From: Candidatus Nomurabacteria bacterium
Lineage (GTDB): Bacteria > Patescibacteriota > Saccharimonadia > Saccharimonadales > HK-STAS-PATE-42
Assembly: GCA_023898665.1 (NCBI GenBank)
Contig: CP060233.1
Span: 18,801 to 82,800, forward strand
Reading direction: 5' to 3'
DNA: 64,000 bases
The notes under the pieces are model-generated. The model ran no database searches and was not told where the DNA came from. It was given only the letters and a program-made list of their open reading frames with translations. Below are positions 54,108 to 60,678 of the stretch, piece by piece. Position numbers and translations under genes: made by a program. The stretch's first letter is position 1; the number at the start of each line of letters is the position of its first letter.

Positions 54108-54497
54108 ATGTCAGATTCAAAAGGAATTAATAAACCAAATAGACCTATACTAACCTCATGTCAAGATGGTGGTGGGGATGTAAGGTTGGAAGTGTCTGGG
54201 GATCATCCCACCGTATCTTTGCATGTTAGAAAAGACAGGCTACCTTCCACATCCACCGATATGATAGGTTTTCTTGCATACAGATGTCCTAATTGTAATA
54301 AACCGCACACACAGCAATTTATAGGACAAACTGGATTAAGATTAATATCTGAACTTGAAAATAAAACACATGCTGTTGTAGTTGAGTATGATATAAATAC
54401 TTTTATGGAAGATACTAAGCATGGCCTACCTCCTATAGTTGATGAGGAGGCTGAGATCAGAGCCATATCAAAGCTGTCTCCGGATGATTTTAAGTAA
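54108..54497 (+). CDS. Hypothetical CPxC protein, paralogue 2
   Basis: 129 aa. ..FLAYRCPNCNKPH.. then ..GLPPIVDEEAEIRAISKLS. Confidence 0.5.
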   Translation: MSDSKGINKPNRPILTSCQDGGGDVRLEVSGDHPTVSLHVRKDRLPSTSTDMIGFLAYRCPNCNKPHTQQFIGQTGLRLISELENKTHAVVVEYDINTFMEDTKHGLPPIVDEEAEIRAISKLSPDDFK

Positions 54498-54517
54498 TTT
54501 GAAGATTAAGGGCTAGC

Positions 54518-55024
54518 TCAGTCGCGTTTAAAAACGAATTTGCCGTAGGCCCAGAAGCTCCAAAGCATTGAACTTAAACCTGCGACTGCCTTACCCGTAA
54601 ATATAGTTACGAAGTTCTTACTAAATACTGAATCTAAGCTTAAGGCTTGAACTATTGAGTACGTAAAGTTATGTAGCCAATCTGCATGCAAAACGACAAG
54701 ATTTAAGACTGTATTGTTAATTCCGTAGGCTCCAATTAAGCTTACGGCTATAAAAGTAGCAACTTTCTTGCCATGAATCGGATTGCCACCATCTCTAAAT
54801 ACAAAAAATCTATTTAATAAGAAACTTGATGTTATTGAGGCTGTGGCAGAGACAGAATTTGCAAGAATAAGCTTAAGAGTTTGATCTGCCTGGACATCAA
54901 GAAGTTTAACCATAATCGTAAGCACAGTTAAATCAACCAGCGTGTTCCAAACGCCGACCACAAAGAAGCGCGCAAAGCGCTTTTTAAATACCTTTCTTAG
55001 GACTTTTTCTATATGATTTTTCAA
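54518..55024 (-). CDS. GtrA-family membrane protein (TTG start)
   Basis: 168 aa with four TM helices. N-terminal pattern RFFVVGVWNTLVDLTVLTIMV and ..NRFFVFR.. are typical of GtrA-like proteins. Confidence 0.75.
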   Translation of the reverse strand: MKNHIEKVLRKVFKKRFARFFVVGVWNTLVDLTVLTIMVKLLDVQADQTLKLILANSVSATASITSSFLLNRFFVFRDGGNPIHGKKVATFIAVSLIGAYGINNTVLNLVVLHADWLHNFTYSIVQALSLDSVFSKNFVTIFTGKAVAGLSSMLWSFWAYGKFVFKRD

Positions 55025-55091
55025 GGTGTTTTAGCCTTACATTCTACTTTATTCTTGTCTAATTATTACAGAAAAAGAAAAGTATTGATAT

Positions 55092-55361
55092 ATGCTAAAC
55101 TTAAGCTATATGGAAGAGAAACAGATGAGTGATAAAGAGCTCCAAAAGCTTGGACAAAAGTTAAAAGATTTCTATGAGCTCGGGGGTTATGTCGATAAGT
55201 GGAAGGCTCTTAGATTTACGGCTCTTAAAGGAATGGCGCAAGGTTTTGGAATCTTTATTGGTGGTACAGTTGTCGTAGGTTTAGTGGTATGGATTTTAGG
55301 TGCATTCGATAAGATCCCACTGGTGAGTAAGTTGGTCGAGGCTTTGCAAAGGTCTGTATAA
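55092..55361 (+). CDS. Small membrane protein; the true start is probably the in-frame ATG at 55110
   Basis: 89 aa with one C-terminal TM hairpin (GFGIFIGGTVVVGLVVWILGAF). The first ATG lies inside a TGcTAAACT box (55093..55101), which sits 8 nt before the ATG at 55110. Confidence 0.55.
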   Translation: MLNLSYMEEKQMSDKELQKLGQKLKDFYELGGYVDKWKALRFTALKGMAQGFGIFIGGTVVVGLVVWILGAFDKIPLVSKLVEALQRSV

Positions 55362-55365
55362 AGAT

Positions 55366-56016
55366 ATGTTGAAAAAGAAGAAAAACTCTCAAACTAGTTT
55401 AGAGCAAAGTGAAGTTGAATCTAAAAAAGAAGGTACTAAACTTAAGAAGATTCTGAAAGTTATATTACCTATAATCCCGCTATTAATCGGTTTATATCTT
55501 TTAAGTTTAGTCTTCGCTCCAAAGCTTACTCCTTATTTAAACTCTGGAAAGGTTGAAAAAACTTTGAGTGGGACTCTGCCCGAAAAAGGGAATGATCGAG
55601 TTTACATCCAAAAGCTTGGAGTAAACGTTAAGCTTAATACCGGTGGAGCGGAAGCTATGAATAATGGAAACGCTTGGCACAGATTACCGGAGCGTGGAGA
55701 TCCAGTTATGGGCGGAAACTTTATTATTAGTGCTCATAGGTGGATCCGCGGGAATACTCCTCAGGAAACAATTAAACAAAGCCCTTTCTATAATACCGAT
55801 AGACTGGCTGTCGGAGATTCTATAGTTATTGATTTTGATGGCGCAAGATATAAGTACGAGATTTTTGACATTTTTGATATTAAGCCTGATCAGACAGAAA
55901 TCGAAGATCCACTTAAAGATGGAGAGGAGCCATATATGACTCTTTATACTTGTACTCTAAAAGGATCGGCTGACGGGCGTGTAGTTATAAGAGCTAGACT
56001 GGTTAAGATTGTTTAA
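55366..56016 (+). CDS. Sortase (second copy, compact form)
   Basis: 216 aa. N-terminal TM helix. FIISAHRW (His), MTLYTCTL (TLxTC Cys), RVVIRARL (Arg). Confidence 0.8.
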   Translation: MLKKKKNSQTSLEQSEVESKKEGTKLKKILKVILPIIPLLIGLYLLSLVFAPKLTPYLNSGKVEKTLSGTLPEKGNDRVYIQKLGVNVKLNTGGAEAMNNGNAWHRLPERGDPVMGGNFIISAHRWIRGNTPQETIKQSPFYNTDRLAVGDSIVIDFDGARYKYEIFDIFDIKPDQTEIEDPLKDGEEPYMTLYTCTLKGSADGRVVIRARLVKIV

Positions 56017-56058
56017 ACTCTAGCAATTTATTTATAAATACAATTATGAGATAATCTC

Positions 56059-56235
56059 ATGCATATGGCAGAGAAAACAATATCTAGTAACGCTGAAAGG
56101 GAGCCCACCAGAACCAGATCTCGAGATGTTAATCACAAGATCGTAGCTCTTGGGTGTATCGCTGGGGCTATTGTGGCATATGACCCAGGAGCAGTATTAG
56201 AGTTTTTAGGGTCTATCTTAACACCTAGCAACTAA
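56059..56235 (+). CDS. Possible small protein (58 aa, or 56 aa from the ATG at 56065)
   Basis: MHMAEKTISSNAEREPTRTRSRDVNHKIVALGCIAGAIVAYDPGAVLEFLGSILTPSN. TGaGATAAT (56047..56055) lies 9 nt before the second ATG. Too short for the ORF track. Confidence 0.3.
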   Translation: MHMAEKTISSNAEREPTRTRSRDVNHKIVALGCIAGAIVAYDPGAVLEFLGSILTPSN

Positions 56236-56248
56236 ACCAAATGATTGT

Positions 56249-56851
56249 CTACATTCCGTGAGGATATGTTTCGTGATCGATTATCCCAGAACCTCTAACT
56301 TGCTTTAGTGCTTTAGAGTATTCTACTAAGAGTTTAAGTGCGTAATCTGTACGCTTAATGAGATAATCTTCACGCTTTTCGTCTCTACTGTCGCCTTCTA
56401 AGAAGTTGTTAACATCATTGATGACTATTGGCTCTGGTACAAAGACTCCACGAGCGTTCTTGAAGAGGTGTTTTATATCTTCGATAGGGCGGATTCCACC
56501 AGTATGGGTTGCTGATACGCCAAATACTAATACTGGCTTATGAGAGAATGAGCTCTTCTCGGACATTAGAATAAAATGTTTCAGAACGGGCGATGCTGCT
56601 CCTCCCCACTCTGGAGTAACAATAACTACTCCATCGGAGCTGCTAAGCTTAGCGTATTCATCTGCCATTGCTTTAGCTTTATCGCTCTGTCCTGCCCAGT
56701 ATTCGTCAGGAACAAAGGTCATGTCGACTTTTCTCAAATCAACAAAGTCTACTTCTACATCACTAGACTTAAGTCTATCTTGGAGCCACTCAGCTATTCT
56801 AAAGCTTTGTGCTTCCTCTCTATTACTTCCGTTTATTACTGTTATCTTCAT
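56249..56851 (-). CDS. NAD(P)H-dependent FMN reductase / flavodoxin-like oxidoreductase
   Basis: 200 aa. MKITVINGSNRE..., GVVIVTPEWGGAASPVLKHF. Typical length and pattern for this family. Confidence 0.75.
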   Translation of the reverse strand: MKITVINGSNREEAQSFRIAEWLQDRLKSSDVEVDFVDLRKVDMTFVPDEYWAGQSDKAKAMADEYAKLSSSDGVVIVTPEWGGAASPVLKHFILMSEKSSFSHKPVLVFGVSATHTGGIRPIEDIKHLFKNARGVFVPEPIVINDVNNFLEGDSRDEKREDYLIKRTDYALKLLVEYSKALKQVRGSGIIDHETYPHGM

Positions 56852-56855
56852 ATTA

Positions 56856-57143
56856 TTATTTATCCTCTCCTAAGCTACCAAACATTGAAACTACATTTGA
56901 GCCCGGAACTATAGGAGGATGTGAGGCCACGTCTCCAAGTTCGCTAATTATTAGTTGTTCTACTGCATCTGTACCAACTGGTCCAAAAGAAGCCTCATGA
57001 CCATCTGTTAGCTCTATAGGTAAAATACCTTGTGAAGCCATTAGCGCTGCAATTTCTCCATCTGCAGGGCTAATTGGAGCTGATCCAACCCCAAATGGCA
57101 TGATTTGTTTTAATCTATCAGTTGTGGACTTAGGCCTATCCAT
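56856..57143 (-). CDS. Hypothetical protein
   Basis: 95-aa ORF ending 4 nt before the reductase start. No recognisable domain. Confidence 0.45.
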   Translation of the reverse strand: MDRPKSTTDRLKQIMPFGVGSAPISPADGEIAALMASQGILPIELTDGHEASFGPVGTDAVEQLIISELGDVASHPPIVPGSNVVSMFGSLGEDK

Positions 57144-57169
57144 AAATACGGACTCTTGAGTTTAGCAGA

Positions 57170-57197
57170 AATCCCCCACTATAGAAAGTGGGGGATT
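57170..57197 (-). terminator. Hairpin terminator downstream of dnaK
   Basis: AATCCCCCACT-atagaa-AGTGGGGGATT forms a perfect 11-bp stem 15 nt after the dnaK stop. The minus strand continues TTCTGCT; the plus strand continues TTCTT. Confidence 0.65.
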
Positions 57198-57211
57198 TTC
57201 TTAGATTAAGC

Positions 57212-59113
57212 TTAGCGGCTTTCGTCTTCGTCGACTACTTCGGCCTCTTGAGCTTCTTCTTTTTTGTCCTTAGACTCTTCTGATTTTTCGGAGGCTTCTT
57301 TTGCAGCTTGTTCGTACATTTTAGTTGCGATTGGTTGGATCTTATCTAAAAGCTCTTTAGCGGCTGCTTCTAGCTCTTCTTTATCTTCTGAGCCTTGCTT
57401 CTCTTTAGCGGCTTCGACAGCTTTCTTGATCTCTTCTTTGTCTTCGTCGCTAAGCTTATCGCCCATTTCATCTGGCATCTTTTCTGCTTGGTAGATTGCG
57501 TTCTCTAAGCCGTTTTTAGCCTCTACTGCTTCCTTCTTCTTTTTATCTTCTTCGGCATGAGCCTCAGCCTCTTTTTGGGCTTTTTCTATGTCATCCTTAC
57601 TTAAGTTTCCGGAATTTTGGATTGTAATACTCTGCTCTTTTCCAGTTCCTTTATCTTTTGCAGTTACGTTTAGAATTCCGTTAGCATCGATATTAAATGT
57701 AACTTCGATTTGTGGGATACCACGAGGCGCTGGAGGGATTCCATCAAGGATGAATCTACCCAGAGATTTATTACCTTCGGCCATTTCTCGCTCACCTTGC
57801 AACACATGGATCTCTACCTGAGGTTGGTTATCTGCAGCGGTTGAGAAGACCTCAGATTTTGAAGTTGGAACTGTAGTGTTTCTTTCGATAAGTTTAGTAG
57901 AAACTCCACCCATTGTCTCGATACCTAAAGAAAGTGGTGTTACGTCTAGAAGAAGAACATCTTTTACGTCTCCTTGCAAAACTCCACCTTGGATTGCTGC
58001 ACCCATGGCAACGACTTCGTCTGGATTTACTCCTTGTTTTGGCTCTTTACCAAAGATTTCTTTAACCTTAGCCTGCACTGCTGGCATACGGGTCATACCA
58101 CCAACTAGGATGACTTCTTGGATGTCTGAGCTATTAAGCTTAGCATCTTTTAGAGCCTTTTTGCATGGCTCAACTGTCTTTTCGATTAAGTCTTTTACTA
58201 GATCTTCGAGTTTAGCACGAGTAAAGTTGTACTCAAAGTTAATTGGACCGTCTTCACCTTGGTCTAAGAATGGTAAGTTAACCTCGTAAGTTTGGGCAGT
58301 TGAGAGCTCTTTCTTAGCTTTCTCAGCCTCCTCTTTAAGCCTCTGCATTGCAGTTGGGTTTTTAGTTAGGTCGGTTGAGTGCTCTTTCTTGATTTCATCA
58401 ACGAAGTGGTTAACAATTCTTAGGTCGAAATCTTCACCACCGAGGTGAGTGTCACCGTTTGTGGACTTAACTTCGAAAACACCGTCACCAAGTTCTAAAA
58501 TTGAGACATCGAATGTACCACCACCGAGGTCGAATACGGCAACTTTTTCTTCTTTATTGTTATCTAGACCGTAAGCAAGGGCTGCGGCAGTTGGCTCGTT
58601 AATTATTCTTTTAACTTCTAGGCCTGCGATCTTACCGGCATCTTTTGTTGCTTGCCTTTGTGAATCATCAAAGTAAGCTGGAACTGTAATTACTGCTTCT
58701 GTTACTGGCTCACCAAGAAAACTTTCTGCATCTGCCTTAAGCTTAGAGAGTGTCATTGCAGAGATCTCTTCTGGTGAGTAATCTTTGCCAGACATAGTTA
58801 CTTTAACACCGTTACCAGACTTAACGATCTTGTATGGCATTAGGTCGATATCTTTTTGGACTTCTTTATCACTAAACTTACGTCCAATCAGTCTCTTCAC
58901 CCCATAAATTGTGTTTTCGGCGTTAGTTACTCTTTGACGAACAGCAGCAGAACCTACGATGCGCTCTTCTTTACCGTCTTTACCTTTTACAGCTACAACA
59001 GAAGGAGTTGTGCGGTTCCCTTCGTTATTGGTAATTATTGTTGGTTTACCAGATTGAACTACAGCCATCGCGCTGTTTGTAGTTCCTAAATCAATTCCGA
59101 TTATCTTTCCCAT
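57212..59113 (-). CDS. dnaK: Molecular chaperone DnaK (Hsp70)
   Basis: 633 aa. [40 protein letters not shown]. Acidic C-terminal tail. Confidence 0.98.
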   Translation of the reverse strand: MGKIIGIDLGTTNSAMAVVQSGKPTIITNNEGNRTTPSVVAVKGKDGKEERIVGSAAVRQRVTNAENTIYGVKRLIGRKFSDKEVQKDIDLMPYKIVKSGNGVKVTMSGKDYSPEEISAMTLSKLKADAESFLGEPVTEAVITVPAYFDDSQRQATKDAGKIAGLEVKRIINEPTAAALAYGLDNNKEEKVAVFDLGGGTFDVSILELGDGVFEVKSTNGDTHLGGEDFDLRIVNHFVDEIKKEHSTDLTKNPTAMQRLKEEAEKAKKELSTAQTYEVNLPFLDQGEDGPINFEYNFTRAKLEDLVKDLIEKTVEPCKKALKDAKLNSSDIQEVILVGGMTRMPAVQAKVKEIFGKEPKQGVNPDEVVAMGAAIQGGVLQGDVKDVLLLDVTPLSLGIETMGGVSTKLIERNTTVPTSKSEVFSTAADNQPQVEIHVLQGEREMAEGNKSLGRFILDGIPPAPRGIPQIEVTFNIDANGILNVTAKDKGTGKEQSITIQNSGNLSKDDIEKAQKEAEAHAEEDKKKKEAVEAKNGLENAIYQAEKMPDEMGDKLSDEDKEEIKKAVEAAKEKQGSEDKEELEAAAKELLDKIQPIATKMYEQAAKEASEKSEESKDKKEEAQEAEVVDEDESR

Positions 59114-59173
59114 AAGTTCATTTCCTCCTTAAACTTATTGTTTTTGACTGCTTTAAGTGTATGTACTTCCAAT

Positions 59174-59201
59174 ATTATATGTTAGCACTCTTGGTAGTCA
59201 A
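59174..59201 (-). promoter_or_regulatory. dnaK promoter TTGACT-N16-TATAAT, overlapped by CIRCE-1
   Basis: The minus strand reads TTGACTaccaagagtgctaacaTATAAT, followed by a leader with AAGGAGG 8 nt before the ATG. Confidence 0.6.
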
Positions 59202-59208
59202 GTGCTAA
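59182..59208. promoter_or_regulatory. CIRCE element 1 (HrcA operator) at the dnaK promoter
   Basis: TTAGCACTC-ttggtagtc-AAGTGCTAA, 1 mismatch to the consensus. Confidence 0.8.
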
Positions 59209-59230
59209 CTATACATAAGAATATACCAAA

Positions 59231-59257
59231 CTAGCACTCACAATGCAAGAGTGCTAA
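59231..59257. promoter_or_regulatory. CIRCE element 2, 22 bp from element 1
   Basis: CTAGCACTC-acaatgcaa-GAGTGCTAA, 1 mismatch to the consensus. Confidence 0.8.
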
Positions 59258-59282
59258 TACGCTGTTAATTTCAATTATAGTT

Positions 59283-59288
59283 TATAAT
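59283..59288 (+). promoter_or_regulatory. -10 box TATAAT, 7 nt from the ATG of 59296..60123 (leaderless-type)
   Basis: agttTATAATactcattATG. Confidence 0.45.
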
Positions 59289-59295
59289 ACTCATT

Positions 59296-60123
59296 ATGCT
59301 TTTTAGTGAAAGAAAGAGGATGTTAGAGATTATCAACAAAGAGTCTAGAGGTGAGTCTCTTTGGACTAACGAAATTCCTGATCAACTAAGATATAAGTTC
59401 TTGAAATTTGTAGTTGCCCTAGCTAAAGAGAATCTGCCAAGGACATATAACGGCCCCGAAGAAGACTTAGACAAAACAGTAAGGACAATTATTTCAATGG
59501 AGCAAGGCAATGAGATACCCAAGTTGTCTTCATATGTTAGAGGATGTTCAGATGAAGAGTTTCCTGACATTTTAGAGGCGACTTTAGTTGCCTTTGCAAG
59601 GCTGGCCAGAGGTAATCAGGACACTATTAAAGATAATTATTTGAAATATGTTAACAGGCTTCTAGAGTCTTATCGTATAAGCTATTTAATTGAAGGGGAT
59701 GAAGTGGTGGAGTTCTCATCAAAAGAACTACACATCTCGATAGTTGCTCCCACCTTAAAATTGCTAGCGTCTGAAAAGAGATTCAACCTCGTCGAAAAAA
59801 GTTACCGAGATAGCATCAAAGAACTTACTAATGGTAAGCCTAGTGACTCGATAACTGATGCAGGTACTGCACTACAAGAAATATTGAGGGTACTCGGCTG
59901 TAAGGGGGATAACTTTAGCGCACTACTTAAATCTGCCAAGTCAACAATATTAAATGGCTATAATAGTCGATATATAGATGCTATAGATAACTTAGTAAAC
60001 TGGGTATCTGCAGTAAGGTCAGAATTAGGCGACAGCCACAAGGTTACAGAAGCTGATAAGGATGATGCTTGGTTTGTAGTACATACCGTGGGTATTTTGA
60101 TTCTAAGGTTGTCTAAGAAATAA
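59296..60123 (+). CDS. AbiJ-like protein: AbiJ-type N-terminal domain plus a C-terminal HEPN-like domain (putative abortive-infection/defence)
   Basis: 275 aa. N-terminus MLFSERKR...IPDQLRYKF resembles the AbiJ N-terminal pattern (FSER ... lrnrlwn). The C-terminal half has SYRDSIKEL...SITDAGTALQEIL and an R-x6-H motif (RSELGDSH) followed by DDAWFVVHTVGILILRL. Confidence 0.6.
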   Translation: MLFSERKRMLEIINKESRGESLWTNEIPDQLRYKFLKFVVALAKENLPRTYNGPEEDLDKTVRTIISMEQGNEIPKLSSYVRGCSDEEFPDILEATLVAFARLARGNQDTIKDNYLKYVNRLLESYRISYLIEGDEVVEFSSKELHISIVAPTLKLLASEKRFNLVEKSYRDSIKELTNGKPSDSITDAGTALQEILRVLGCKGDNFSALLKSAKSTILNGYNSRYIDAIDNLVNWVSAVRSELGDSHKVTEADKDDAWFVVHTVGILILRLSKK

Positions 60124-60637
60124 TCTTACGGACAGTGTTGCAGTTACGTACGGTCATTTTTTTGTAAATGTCTGTTCCGATCATTTTTAAGACTTTGCTT
60201 TTTGTGACTTTATCTCTATCGATTCTCCAAATTATTGCTCCAGGTACGTATTTAAAATCTTCGAGATCTTTATCTAAGTTTAGTAACTCTAGAGTCTCTG
60301 GCGAATCAACTTCGTCCCACAAAAACATGACATCGCACTTCATCTCAGAATTGTTTTGCCAAGCTTCTGGAATCTCACTAACTATCTTTTTAAGTTTAGC
60401 CTCCGTAATTACCAGAACAGGAACACTAAACTTAAATTCCTTTTTAATCCCCTGCTCAATACTTAAGCAAATCTTTTTTATATCATTTTGACTTGATGAG
60501 AATATAACATTGCCAGAATTAATATAAGTTTTGACATCAGTGAACCCAAGATCTTCGAATAGTATCTTAAGTTTAGGCATCTCAACCTTAGAGTTGCCAC
60601 CAACATTTATACCACGTAGTAAAGCAATATACTGCAT
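60113..60637 (-). CDS. DUF1697 family protein
   Basis: 174 aa. MQYIALLRGINVGGNSKVEMPKLKILFEDLGFTDVKTYINSGNVIF is the family-defining N-terminus. Confidence 0.8.
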   Translation of the reverse strand: MQYIALLRGINVGGNSKVEMPKLKILFEDLGFTDVKTYINSGNVIFSSSQNDIKKICLSIEQGIKKEFKFSVPVLVITEAKLKKIVSEIPEAWQNNSEMKCDVMFLWDEVDSPETLELLNLDKDLEDFKYVPGAIIWRIDRDKVTKSKVLKMIGTDIYKKMTVRNCNTVRKIIS

Positions 60638-60644
60638 AGTCTCT

Positions 60645-60650
60645 ATTATA
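60645..60650 (-). promoter_or_regulatory. -10 box TATAAT, 7 nt from the ATG of the DUF1697 gene (leaderless-type)
   Basis: The minus strand reads gatcaTATAATagagactATG. Confidence 0.45.
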
Positions 60651-60678
60651 TGATCTACTTAATGGTTGCAGAAGACTT

